A stretch of 64,000 bases of DNA from Candidatus Moraniibacteriota bacterium. Lineage in GTDB: Bacteria; Patescibacteriota; Minisyncoccia; Moranbacterales; GCA-2747515. The number at the start of each line of letters is the position of its first letter. Position 1 is the stretch's first letter. Both the position numbers and the translations under genes were made by a program. The notes under the pieces were generated by a model. It searched no databases. It worked only from the letters and a program-made list of their open reading frames with translations, and had not been told where the DNA came from. Below are positions 21,204 to 30,464 of the stretch, piece after piece. Location: positions 257,734 through 321,733 of the forward strand of contig CP175956.1 of the NCBI GenBank assembly GCA_046116545.1, given 5' to 3'.

Positions 21204-21740
21204 TTACTTCATATAACTTCTTCCCCTATTGTGCATTCCCAAGTCTTGCATTATTTCATGAGCTTCTTCATATCTCCCTTCAACCCTTAATTCGTGAGCT
21301 TCTACCATTAAATTAAATTTTTCTTCTGTATCAATTTTAGTTGCGATTGCTTTTTTTCTTGCTGCAATTGTAAATTCTTCCCAATTACCTTTTTCTATAG
21401 CATTTCTTACATCTACATCCCGTTTATGCTTCATCACCTTTCTTCCAGGATGTTCAATTCCTGCATATTCTAATACATTTCTTGCTTCTTTATATTTTCC
21501 TTCTGCACGTAAATCGTGTGCAAGTTTTATTGCCTCAAAATCTTTCTTATTATCTATGCGTTGAGCTATTGGACAACTTTCTTTAGCTTGTGCAAATGCT
21601 TTAAAATCATTATTTCTAATTGCATCCTGCACTCGCTCATGTCTTTTATCAACATTAGCGCTTACGAAACTTGCACCTATTGTTCCTACAGCAAGCACCG
21701 TAACAAATGAACTTATTATGATTCTTTTTTTATTCATCAT
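21204..21740 (-). CDS. secreted protein with two tandem ~53-aa repeats (function unknown)
   Basis: 178 aa. It has an N-terminal signal peptide (IIISSFVTVLAVGTIGASFVSA). Repeat 1 is DFKAFAQAK..IAQRIDNKKDFEAIKLAHDLRAEGKYKEARNVLEYAGIEH. Repeat 2 is NWEEFTIAARKKAIATKIDTEEKFNLMVEAHELRVEGRYEEAHEIMQDLGMHN. Confidence 0.5.
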   Translation of the reverse strand: MMNKKRIIISSFVTVLAVGTIGASFVSANVDKRHERVQDAIRNNDFKAFAQAKESCPIAQRIDNKKDFEAIKLAHDLRAEGKYKEARNVLEYAGIEHPGRKVMKHKRDVDVRNAIEKGNWEEFTIAARKKAIATKIDTEEKFNLMVEAHELRVEGRYEEAHEIMQDLGMHNRGRSYMK

Positions 21741-21814
21741 ATTTGATATACTTATTTAGTTAATATACATCACCCCTGTCACATTAATTACTACGAATAC
21801 TATTTTAGTTTCTT

Positions 21815-22651
21815 TCAAAAAATACCATCACATGCTTCTTGTATCATTAGATTCATATTCGGCGATACTTGCTCACAATTACACATTGACTCTTTATTTT
21901 CATTATATCTATCCATAGATCTTATACGCTTCCTTATTACATGTTCACTACCACCTTTCATTCCGCGAAGCTTTACATCACAAGCAACAAATATATTATT
22001 ATCAATTTTTTTACCAACAACTAAAAATACTTGACCATCTTTTATCTCAGCTCTTTTATCTTGCTCTATATGATCATTCATCACTTGCCACTTTTCACCT
22101 GTAGGCGACATCAGTGTAAAATAATCTCCCTTAGCACATCCTACAACTCGTCCAACAATAACTCCATGATCCGGATTATTAAACATTATTCCATGCCTTT
22201 TTTCCACACTATTATAGTGTCTTAATTCACCTAAAACATCATCGATTAAATAACTTATCCCGCTCAAATACAAGGCAACCCCCATAATTAAGCTCAAAAA
22301 TATATTTGCAAGTATAATTATTGCTATAGAATATTTATATCCACTATCTGTATGTCTGATAAAAACCTTAAATAATAGAATAAAAATAGCAGTCACAAAA
22401 ATCCAAAGCACAGGCATCGCCACAACTATTCTTTTACCAACATGATCAGAAGCAATATTATCAATAAATAATGTACTATTCGCAATTGTAAAAATGATAA
22501 GACTCACTGTAAAGGCACCTGCTATAATACAAGTAATACCAATAAGCCATAGTATGAAATTTTTCAACACAAAATGCCAAGAAGGTACTTGCTTCACCTT
22601 CCCTTGCAAAATTTTATCCATTGCACATTTTGATGCTTTTTTTGCCGTCAT
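21815..22651 (-). CDS. polytopic membrane protein, putative anti-sigma factor
   Basis: 278 aa. A cytoplasmic N-terminus is followed by about 4 TM segments and a C-terminal extracytoplasmic domain. The start overlaps the sigma-factor stop by 4 bp (ATGA coupling). Confidence 0.35.
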   Translation of the reverse strand: MTAKKASKCAMDKILQGKVKQVPSWHFVLKNFILWLIGITCIIAGAFTVSLIIFTIANSTLFIDNIASDHVGKRIVVAMPVLWIFVTAIFILLFKVFIRHTDSGYKYSIAIIILANIFLSLIMGVALYLSGISYLIDDVLGELRHYNSVEKRHGIMFNNPDHGVIVGRVVGCAKGDYFTLMSPTGEKWQVMNDHIEQDKRAEIKDGQVFLVVGKKIDNNIFVACDVKLRGMKGGSEHVIRKRIRSMDRYNENKESMCNCEQVSPNMNLMIQEACDGIF

Positions 22652-22653
22652 AC

Positions 22654-23244
22654 TTATTGAATTAAAAAATTAATGTCACTTTTTTCACATAAAGTCTTAA
22701 ATTGTTTCTTTGCCCTATTTATATGAGTCGCCACAGTTCCTGGTGGTTTTTTTAAAATATCTGAAATCTCATCATAACTTTTATCTTCTATAAATTTCAA
22801 AACTAATACTTCTCTATATTTATCATCCATTTGTATAAATACATCTTTCATCTTATCAATCATGAACTCATCATCTATGTTTTTTATTACATCATGAGAA
22901 TCAATAACTCTTTCAAAAAATTCATCATCAACTTGAATTGAATTGCCTTGTGGTCTTGATTTATTTTTTCTCCATGCACTTATTGTTTCATTGTGCACTA
23001 TCCGATACATCCAAGAAGAGAAAGCTAACTTATCATCAAAACTATTTAAATTTTGATATGCCTTCAAGAAACTATCCTGCAAAATATCTTCAGCCTCTTC
23101 ATTTGTAACAGCTGAAATTCTTTTAATATAAGCCATAAACCTAGACTCATATCTTTCCATGATAATACCAAAAACAGCTGGATCTTTTTTAGTCAAAGAT
23201 ACAAGTTCTATATCTGTCTTATTGTAAATATCACTATTTTCCAT
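22654..23244 (-). CDS. RNA polymerase sigma factor, sigma-70 family (ECF-like, regions 2 and 4)
   Basis: 196 aa. The region-4 HTH is LKFIEDKSYDEISDILKKPPGTVATHINRAKKQF. The region-2-like segment is DILQDSFLKAYQNL. Confidence 0.7.
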   Translation of the reverse strand: MENSDIYNKTDIELVSLTKKDPAVFGIIMERYESRFMAYIKRISAVTNEEAEDILQDSFLKAYQNLNSFDDKLAFSSWMYRIVHNETISAWRKNKSRPQGNSIQVDDEFFERVIDSHDVIKNIDDEFMIDKMKDVFIQMDDKYREVLVLKFIEDKSYDEISDILKKPPGTVATHINRAKKQFKTLCEKSDINFLIQ

Positions 23245-23302
23245 GAATTAATATCTAACTACAATCTATTACGTTATTTAGACTTTTTTCTTTCAATTAC
23301 AC

Positions 23303-23782
23303 CTATTTAACAAGTCTCACTGATTTAGCAAAAAAATAGACAATATCATCTAGACAACATGCCAGTTTATCAGCTATAGAATCCTCTTTGCAACGATACC
23401 TTTTTACTCTAATGTGTTCAGCCTTTATAAATTGTGCAAATAAGCCATCTGTTAAATATTTGTCCCCTATAGTAACAACATCACAAATGTCACCGTCTAT
23501 ATAATGTAATACTTTTTTATTTGGCTTTTTATATGGTGATTCAATGTAAGGCAAATTTATACTTTTTGCTATTTCTCGGCTTCTTACACCATTATAATTA
23601 TTTGAAAATACATAGACTGAATTATTTTTTTGTAATTTTCTTATGATTACTAAAACATTTTCATCAATGGTTTTTTTTGAGCTACACGCCAATGTTCCAT
23701 CAATGTCCAAAATGACAATTGAATCATTTATTTCTGAATAATCAATCTCATGAAAAAAAATGTCTTTCTGTTTTATTATCAT
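23303..23782 (-). CDS. HAD-superfamily phosphatase (small, YqeG-like)
   Basis: 159 aa. Motif I VILDIDGTL matches the DxDxT signature. Confidence 0.55.
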   Translation of the reverse strand: MIIKQKDIFFHEIDYSEINDSIVILDIDGTLACSSKKTIDENVLVIIRKLQKNNSVYVFSNNYNGVRSREIAKSINLPYIESPYKKPNKKVLHYIDGDICDVVTIGDKYLTDGLFAQFIKAEHIRVKRYRCKEDSIADKLACCLDDIVYFFAKSVRLVK

Positions 23783-23791
23783 AAAAATATA

Positions 23792-24265
23792 TTACTTACA
23801 TTCCTTGCAAATTCCAAAAAGCTCAAAAGTATGTTCTGTTATACTATTAAATTTACAACTACCCTTTTCTATTTCTTTTATCACTTTTTTCAAATTACAA
23901 TTATTAATATCTTCAATCATACCACATTCCTTACATATAATATGATGATGATGAGGTAATGCAGCTAATTCAAAAAATCTACTATCTCCACATACATGTA
24001 CAGCCCTAACTATTCCCTTTTGTAAAAAAATATCAACAATCCTATAAATAGTTACATTATCAATGCAGTTAATATTTTCATCTATATCTTTAACACAGAC
24101 TGGCCTTTTGACATCATCAAAAAAATTCAAAACATAAATCCTAGAATTTGTAGCCTTTAATCCTACATCATGTAGTAATTGTTTATATTCTTTTTTCTTA
24201 TCCATACAAATTAATTTATAACTAACACTTGCATCTAGACTATCATAAATGCAACTTACTTGCAA
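23792..24265 (-). CDS. Fur-family metalloregulator (Zur-like)
   Basis: 157 aa. It has an N-terminal winged helix. Metal sites are HHHHIICKECG and C-x2-C near the C-terminus. It is divergent from the ZIP transporter gene. Confidence 0.7.
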   Translation of the reverse strand: MQVSCIYDSLDASVSYKLICMDKKKEYKQLLHDVGLKATNSRIYVLNFFDDVKRPVCVKDIDENINCIDNVTIYRIVDIFLQKGIVRAVHVCGDSRFFELAALPHHHHIICKECGMIEDINNCNLKKVIKEIEKGSCKFNSITEHTFELFGICKECK

Positions 24266-24327
24266 TTACTTGACAACATCCCCTATTGTTTATAGAATAG
24301 AACAGTTATTAAAAATAAATACATAAT

Positions 24328-25143
24328 ATGATTTTATATATAATATTATCTGCATTCGCTGTAATGCTAGCTTCTTTAGTTGGAGTACTTTTTGTGTGGA
24401 AAGGATTTGGAGGTCTTATCCAAAAAAATTCCAAATATCTAACTGCATTCGCTGGTGGTGTATTTGCAGTACTTGCCTACTCTCTAATTAGAGAAACGTT
24501 TCATCTTTCAGAATCAATATTAATCACAATATCAAGTATTTTATTTGGAATTATCCTAATAGAAATAATTACAAGATTTATGCCATCAGGACATCATCAT
24601 CACTCTCTTCCGCCGGACTGCGGAAATAAACATTCCTGCATAGACGCACAACGCATGATGTGGAGTGATGCTTTTCATAATGTTGGTGATGGAATACTTA
24701 TAGTAGGTGCTTTTATGGTGAATGTACATGTTGGGATAGTAGCTACAGTTGGGATTTTTCTACACGAAATAGTACAAGAAATCTCTGAATTTTTTGTTTT
24801 CAAAGAGGCTGGTTATTCGACTAAGAAAGCCTTACTCTATAATTTCATAATATCTGGCAGTATATTTATAGGTATTGCACTCACTTTATTATTATCATCT
24901 GTAGCTTGGTTGATGGCTCCACTAATGGGATTTGCAGCTGGAGGATTTATATATGTACTTATCCGAGATATAATACCTCACACATTTCACAATGCAAAAA
25001 AAACCAGCACATTCATACAACACTTAATAATTTTTTTAGTTGGTATAGTTATGATGTTTGTAGTAAATAATATCGTACCACACTCACATGAACATCATGC
25101 TGAACATGACCCAACTGAAATCTCTCATGATATACATCCATAA
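24328..25143 (+). CDS. ZIP-family divalent metal (zinc) transporter ZupT-like
   Basis: 271 aa with 8 TM segments. It has a His-rich loop (GHHHHSLPPDCGNKHSC) and a conserved HEIVQEISEF ZIP signature. Confidence 0.8.
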   Translation: MILYIILSAFAVMLASLVGVLFVWKGFGGLIQKNSKYLTAFAGGVFAVLAYSLIRETFHLSESILITISSILFGIILIEIITRFMPSGHHHHSLPPDCGNKHSCIDAQRMMWSDAFHNVGDGILIVGAFMVNVHVGIVATVGIFLHEIVQEISEFFVFKEAGYSTKKALLYNFIISGSIFIGIALTLLLSSVAWLMAPLMGFAAGGFIYVLIRDIIPHTFHNAKKTSTFIQHLIIFLVGIVMMFVVNNIVPHSHEHHAEHDPTEISHDIHP

Positions 25144-25163
25144 ATTTCATTAAATTTACACTA

Positions 25164-25199
25164 AAAAAATCACACCGTTTCTATAAGTGTGATTTTTTT
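25164..25199. terminator. bidirectional rho-independent terminator between convergent ZIP and lipoprotein genes
   Basis: Sequence aaaaaaATCACACcgtttctataaGTGTGATttttttt. Confidence 0.5.
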
Positions 25200-25218
25200 A
25201 TTTCTAATTTATTCAACT

Positions 25219-25839
25219 TTACATCTGTGGCATATTTGGAATTTCGGGTAATCCATCCATACCAGGCATATTTGGCATTTGTTCTTTAAATTTTTCCAAT
25301 TCTTTTTTCATGATATCACACTGATCTGTGAAAGTAATGTTTTTTGGAATTGAAAAATCAGCATCTGTTGCGGCTGAACAACTAATTTTTCCAGCTTCTT
25401 CTTCAGCTTCTAAACTTTCAACTGTAAATTCATCTTCAAAAATCTCATCTTCAGGCATTTCCATATCCATATTTTCTGGCATCATAGCATCAAAACATTT
25501 TGGATCCATTTTTTCACCAGTTGTAGATCCTTCTTCCCACAAATATGTAACACCTTCTGTCATTACCATGATTTGTTTTTTGCCATTCTCTGTTCCTTCA
25601 GTTCTCATATTTGTACCATTTGTATATGTAACCCAATCGTCCTCACTGCTTACACATTTCATTGCAACTCCATTTTTCATTGCATCTTGCAAACCTCCCA
25701 CAATTCCTTTACCTTCATCAATCTTATTAGTTACATCATCTTTCATATTAGCAACCTGCTCTCCACACCCACTTAACATCATTACTCCAGCAACCACACC
25801 AATCACAGAAGCACTTTTTATAGCCTTTATATTTTTCAT
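25219..25839 (-). CDS. lipoprotein with Met-rich motifs (possible metal-binding)
   Basis: 206 aa. It has a signal peptide plus lipobox (MMLSGC). Methionine clusters are MDMEMPEDE and MPNMPGMDGLPEIPNMPQM at the C-terminus. Confidence 0.5.
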   Translation of the reverse strand: MKNIKAIKSASVIGVVAGVMMLSGCGEQVANMKDDVTNKIDEGKGIVGGLQDAMKNGVAMKCVSSEDDWVTYTNGTNMRTEGTENGKKQIMVMTEGVTYLWEEGSTTGEKMDPKCFDAMMPENMDMEMPEDEIFEDEFTVESLEAEEEAGKISCSAATDADFSIPKNITFTDQCDIMKKELEKFKEQMPNMPGMDGLPEIPNMPQM

Positions 25840-25899
25840 AAAAAATATTATTAATTAACTTATGACTTTAATTATAAATCAAACGAAAAACTCACGCAA

Positions 25900-26502
25900 C
25901 TAATCTTTTTCCGAAAGAAAATTCTCAATACTTTCCTCACCTACATAAACTTCAACTTCATCTATTTCTGGATATGGCAATAATGTCTCACGAATTTGAG
26001 CTGTTATCCGTGGTGCATCACAGGTCCCTCCAGTCATTAATTTATCTGAAAATTTAACAATAGCAATTCCATTTTCAATATCAAAACTAATAATCTCCAA
26101 CTTATCAGATAATAAAAACGCATTATACTCTCCACTTTTGAAATCAATTTCTTTTAAATATATTAACTTTTCAAGTGCTTCTTCTGGTGATAAGTTTTCA
26201 CCTACCACAACTTCTAATAATTTATCATCACACCCAATTAAGTCCTCAGAATAATTTTCCTCCCAACTTACTGAACCATCTATGCTCACTATATAAACAG
26301 AAGACATTTCATCCACTTGGTCAGTTACATCATTTACAAATATTTTTTCTTCATAAATACACTGCTCTGGATAACTCTCCATCACAGGATTTCCTGCTGC
26401 CACACACGCTTCAAAGTCATTTACTTCACTTACAATATTCAATTTACTACATCCAGTAATTACAAATAACGATATGATAAATAAACTGCTAATTTTTTTC
26501 AT
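25900..26502 (-). CDS. lipoprotein with GerMN-like domain
   Basis: 200 aa. It has a lipobox (VITGCSK). The C-terminal pattern IAIVKFSDKLMTGGTCDAPRITAQIRETLLPYPEIDEVEVYV resembles the GerMN domain. Confidence 0.45.
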   Translation of the reverse strand: MKKISSLFIISLFVITGCSKLNIVSEVNDFEACVAAGNPVMESYPEQCIYEEKIFVNDVTDQVDEMSSVYIVSIDGSVSWEENYSEDLIGCDDKLLEVVVGENLSPEEALEKLIYLKEIDFKSGEYNAFLLSDKLEIISFDIENGIAIVKFSDKLMTGGTCDAPRITAQIRETLLPYPEIDEVEVYVGEESIENFLSEKD

Positions 26503-27079
26503 ATTTTTTTATGTTAATAACAAATGCAATTATTGTAACAAGGGTAATTATAATCATTGCAACAATAGCAAATTCACTTTCCAGTGCTAATGCTTCATAA
26601 ATTCCTCCAGTATAAAAATATACGTATGCAAGTTTTTGAATGCGTTTCCAATTTTGTTTCAATAGCATCATTGATAAATTGTTTGATGTAATCAATAGAA
26701 TCAAAGCTGTAATATCACCGATGTGTGCAAATAGCATATAACTATCCAAAGACCAATATTCTTTTGTAAACATTGATGCTATATATTGTGATTCTGGTGA
26801 AATGATATGTCCAATTACAAATCCCACAATGATTGATGCTGACAAAATTCCAAATCCCTTTCTTAAGTAAACTAATTTTCGCAACCACTTTTGACTTCTA
26901 AAAATATCAGCAAGGGGACGAATTAACATTACCAAAAAAACTGATATGAAAGATACCTTATATAAGGTGCTTTCTAGTTTTATATAGTCATCACCAAAGG
27001 CAACTAATAACGGTAGTATGGAGAGTACAAACAATGAAATGCCTATAATGATATTTTGAATAATTCGCAATATTTTCAT
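26489..27079 (-). CDS. small polytopic membrane protein with conserved His on two TMs (ferric-reductase/MsrQ-like?)
   Basis: 196 aa with 5-6 TM segments. His residues sit in GHIISPE and LFAHIGD on separate helices. It lies 6 bp downstream of ApbE. Confidence 0.35.
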   Translation of the reverse strand: MKILRIIQNIIIGISLFVLSILPLLVAFGDDYIKLESTLYKVSFISVFLVMLIRPLADIFRSQKWLRKLVYLRKGFGILSASIIVGFVIGHIISPESQYIASMFTKEYWSLDSYMLFAHIGDITALILLITSNNLSMMLLKQNWKRIQKLAYVYFYTGGIYEALALESEFAIVAMIIITLVTIIAFVINIKKYEKN

Positions 27080-27085
27080 AATTAT

Positions 27086-27976
27086 TTATTTAAATTTATC
27101 TGACTTAAGTATATCACCATTTTCACATATAATCACAAATTTAATTTGTTGTTTATCAAAAAACTGTCTCACCTTTTGTGAACCAAGTGTTATAGCAAGC
27201 GTTGCATAGGCATCCGCAACTGAACCATCTCTATGTATTACACTTGCAGAAATCACATCTGTTTTTGTACTATCTTTTGTATCAGTATTTAATATATGAT
27301 GTTTTACTTTTCCATCTTTACCCCATCGCCTTTTATATGTTCCACTTGTACATACTGCCTCATTTTCAATAATAACTGAAATATTTTTCGTCTTATCAAG
27401 TGGATGTATAATTTCTATAATAAATTTCTCATCATTATAATCTTTACCTCGCACATACATATCACCTCCTATATTAATGATAATTCCTCCAGAACTTTCC
27501 ATTTTTTGTGCGATTTTTTGTGCAACATATCCTTTTAAAAAACCTCCAAAATCTAACTTTTGTGAATCTTGCAAAATAAATCTATCTGTCAAAATTGTTA
27601 CCTCATTTAAATTTATATTATAATTTGTATCATTTATATTATCCGTCTCCACATCAGTAATTTTTTCAAATGATTTATCATATCCAATACGAGCTACTTG
27701 CATAAGTGGGTTAAATCGTTTTTGAGTCTTTTCATAAAGATTATAAGCAATCTCATAAACCTCCAAAAACTCTACAGATACATTTGCTGATTTACTTCTA
27801 TTAATAAAAGATAATTCACTATTATGATCAAAACGAGAAAATTTATCTTCATACAATTTTGCAATAGCAACAGCCTGTGTAAAATAACTATCCGCTTGAA
27901 CAGTTGATTCTGCAATAAAAGTCATATCAAAATTACATCCCATCACCTCTGTATGATAATTGTATTCTTGTGTCAT
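27086..27976 (-). CDS. apbE: FAD:protein FMN transferase ApbE family
   Basis: 296 aa. Family motifs present are MGCNFDMTFIA (MGT..I), DFGGFLKGYVA, INIGGDMYVRG, AVCTSGTYKRRW, KHHILNTDT and SASVIHRDGSVADAYATLA. There is no signal peptide. Confidence 0.8.
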   Translation of the reverse strand: MTQEYNYHTEVMGCNFDMTFIAESTVQADSYFTQAVAIAKLYEDKFSRFDHNSELSFINRSKSANVSVEFLEVYEIAYNLYEKTQKRFNPLMQVARIGYDKSFEKITDVETDNINDTNYNINLNEVTILTDRFILQDSQKLDFGGFLKGYVAQKIAQKMESSGGIIINIGGDMYVRGKDYNDEKFIIEIIHPLDKTKNISVIIENEAVCTSGTYKRRWGKDGKVKHHILNTDTKDSTKTDVISASVIHRDGSVADAYATLAITLGSQKVRQFFDKQQIKFVIICENGDILKSDKFK

Positions 27977-28020
27977 ATAGTTTATACTACTAGGTACTTT
28001 ATTACATTATAAATAATTTT

Positions 28021-28410
28021 ATGCAAAAAAACTTAATATATGTATTAGTTAGCTTCCTAAGTGTAGCATTAATCATATCAATTGGCACAAATATTGCATA
28101 TCGCACAAATGTAATAGCCGATTTAAAAAATGACTTTCAAAAAACTGCTGAAGAGCATCAACAAAAAATTAATGAAAAAGATGGTAGCATTGCAAGACTA
28201 GAAGAAGAACTGAATATTTCCTTACAAAAACAAACTGAAGCAGAAACTAAATTGAAAGAAAAATTAGCAGAAGAAGAGCGTATCAGATTAGAAGAAGAAC
28301 GACGAAAACAAGAAGCTCGTATTGCTGCAGAAAAAAAAGCCGCTTCAGCAGCTGCTGAAGCCGCTCGTATTGCTGCAGAGGAAGACAGCAAAAAATCAAA
28401 AGCCTCCTAG
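28021..28410 (+). CDS. membrane-anchored coiled-coil protein (unknown function)
   Basis: 129 aa. An N-terminal TM is followed by an E/R/K/A-rich coiled coil (EERIRLEEERRKQEARIAAEKKAASAAAEAARIAAEED). A terminator hairpin at 28441-28477 follows. Confidence 0.45.
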   Translation: MQKNLIYVLVSFLSVALIISIGTNIAYRTNVIADLKNDFQKTAEEHQQKINEKDGSIARLEEELNISLQKQTEAETKLKEKLAEEERIRLEEERRKQEARIAAEKKAASAAAEAARIAAEEDSKKSKAS

Positions 28411-28440
28411 ACTAAAGAGTGTCCATTATTTCAAAACTTA

Positions 28441-28477
28441 AAACTCACTTATCTTGTTTAAATAAGTGAGTTTTTTA
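28441..28477 (+). terminator. rho-independent terminator
   Basis: Sequence AAAACTCACTTATcttgtttaaATAAGTGAGTTTTTT. Confidence 0.6.
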
Positions 28478-28695
28478 ATATATGTTATACACGTTCTAAC
28501 TTGCTTGTGATATTTTTGAAATAAATTCTTGAAATTTGTTATTATGTTTTTTATCCGCATCATTCACAACTTCATCTTCAGTAATATTTTCATTATCAAT
28601 ATCAAAATAAACATCATCCTCACTTTCGACATTATTTTCATTCACACCTTTATCTTGTGTCATATTTTGATATTGCTATTTTTTTAAAATGAACC

Positions 28696-28995
28696 CTAAA
28701 TAACCTCTATGAACTTTTCTTCCATTGTTTCCATATTTGCAATTTTTGCGAATGCTTTCATGTTTTCCTCAAAAGCTGGACTTTCTAGAATTTTTCTAAA
28801 TTCTTTTTGTTGTTCCATACTTTCCCATTTCACAACACAATAAATTTTACCAGCTTCATCCACTGCTGAATCTCTAGAGATAAACCCATCAACTGATTGC
28901 AATTGCGCTGTAATACCAGCTGACATTTGTTTCCAATCCTCCAATAAATTTTGATCATTCAATTCGAACGTTACTATCAATATTATACTTTTCAT
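28696..28995 (-). CDS. ABM (antibiotic biosynthesis monooxygenase)-like small protein
   Basis: 99 aa. It has an ABM/Dabb-like ferredoxin-fold pattern (IVTFEL..W..V..GF). Confidence 0.4.
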   Translation of the reverse strand: MKSIILIVTFELNDQNLLEDWKQMSAGITAQLQSVDGFISRDSAVDEAGKIYCVVKWESMEQQKEFRKILESPAFEENMKAFAKIANMETMEEKFIEVI

Positions 28996-29125
28996 TTTTT
29001 TGTTATTAAATTATTATTAGTCTCATTATAACACATACTATATATGAGCACTCTAATTCATAACAAATTCCTTCAGACAAAGAATGGTCACATTAAATAT
29101 ACATTTAATGTGGTCATTAAACACC

Positions 29126-29737
29126 CTACTCTAATACAATATTCAAATTTTTTAAATCTTGATACAACTTATCAAAATTTTGAAATAAAATTGGAGTATA
29201 TCCAACATCTCCCGAAGTTTCTAGACTTTTTGGCGTATCATCTATATATACTAACTCATCTGGTTGTACATTTAACATATTACAAAAACTAGAAAATGCT
29301 TCAACATTCGGCTTCATAACACCCATTTCAGAGGAAATTCCTACTACATCAAAATAATTATCAATTTTTTGTTCTTCTAACATTTGATGCAAACCACTAT
29401 TATAATTACTCAAAAGTCCAATCTTGTATCCAGCAGTTTTCAGAACTTTAATCAATTCCACAACATCCAAATTTAATTTTTGATCCCTTCCCCATCTGAC
29501 AATAAACTCCATGATAGCTTCTTGCTTATCAGCACAATTCAATTCCACTGCTATATGTTTCCACAGTTCTTCCCAAGTCATCTCTCCAAGATTAAGCCTA
29601 TTATTATTTTGAAAATACACTTTCAATAATTTATCTGATTCTACATTGAATATAGCTGCAGCACCATCATTAAATGCCATGCTAGACCGTCCAAAAATCA
29701 CACCACCATAATCAAATCCTATTGCTTTGTATTTCAT
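29126..29737 (-). CDS. HAD-family hydrolase
   Basis: 203 aa. Motif I is AIGFDYGGVI (DxGxV variant). The motif II/III arrangement is typical of HAD phosphatases. Confidence 0.6.
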   Translation of the reverse strand: MKYKAIGFDYGGVIFGRSSMAFNDGAAAIFNVESDKLLKVYFQNNNRLNLGEMTWEELWKHIAVELNCADKQEAIMEFIVRWGRDQKLNLDVVELIKVLKTAGYKIGLLSNYNSGLHQMLEEQKIDNYFDVVGISSEMGVMKPNVEAFSSFCNMLNVQPDELVYIDDTPKSLETSGDVGYTPILFQNFDKLYQDLKNLNIVLE

Positions 29738-29779
29738 ATTTTTTTGACATTATTACAAATTTAAATATATCTATTAACA

Positions 29780-30400
29780 TTAGTCCACTTCCATCAATGG
29801 CACAAACGAAAATCCATAAAAATATTTCATTTTACCTTCTGTCTCTGTATATTTAATGTATAATACAATATCATTTTTTACAGGAATTACCATTTGACCA
29901 CCAATAGCTAATTGTGAAATAAGATCTTTTGGAATTTCTGCACATGTTGCAGATACAAGAATTCTGTCATATGGTGCAAATTCTGGTAGACCATAAGAAG
30001 TACCTGATTGCTGAATTGATACATGTGACATATTATATTTAGCGAGATTTTTTTGTCCATACATTACTAACTCTGACACAAGTTCTACACCACGCACAAA
30101 TCCTGACACTCCCACAATTTCACCCATTAATGCCGTAGTCCATCCTGACCCTGCACCAACATCAAGCACTTTATCGCCTACTTGTAACTCTAGCAGTTCT
30201 AACATAAAAGCAACAGTTCTTGGCTGTGATATCGTCTGTCCATACCCTATCGGCAATGGACGATCTTCAAAAGTATTTGCTACATATTCACTCAAAACAA
30301 AATCTGCACGATTAACCGTTTTAAATGCATCAATAACATTTGGCGTTGTCATAACTCCTGTAGACAAGAGGTAGTCAACTAATTCTTTTTGTGTATTCAT
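29780..30400 (-). CDS. pcm: protein-L-isoaspartate O-methyltransferase
   Basis: 206 aa. It has the SAM motif VLDVGAGSGWTTALM and a conserved PIMT pre-motif (QTISQPRTVAFMLE). Confidence 0.85.
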   Translation of the reverse strand: MNTQKELVDYLLSTGVMTTPNVIDAFKTVNRADFVLSEYVANTFEDRPLPIGYGQTISQPRTVAFMLELLELQVGDKVLDVGAGSGWTTALMGEIVGVSGFVRGVELVSELVMYGQKNLAKYNMSHVSIQQSGTSYGLPEFAPYDRILVSATCAEIPKDLISQLAIGGQMVIPVKNDIVLYIKYTETEGKMKYFYGFSFVPLMEVD

Positions 30401-30464
30401 ATCTCTATCTATTTATCAATATCTTTTCACTAAAAGATATTGATATCAACTCAAATTGTTAAAA

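Noticed and set aside
25328-25858. 176-aa plus-strand ORF
   Set aside because: It is antisense to the Met-rich lipoprotein gene. The S/I-rich low-complexity product, absence of a ribosome-binding site, and the opposite strand having signal peptide plus lipobox all argue against it.
28497-28664. 55-aa acidic minus-strand ORF (MTQDKGVNENNVESEDD...) in the intergenic region after the coiled-coil gene
   Set aside because: There is no clear ribosome-binding site, and it is a low-complexity acidic sequence. It may be real but is unsupported.
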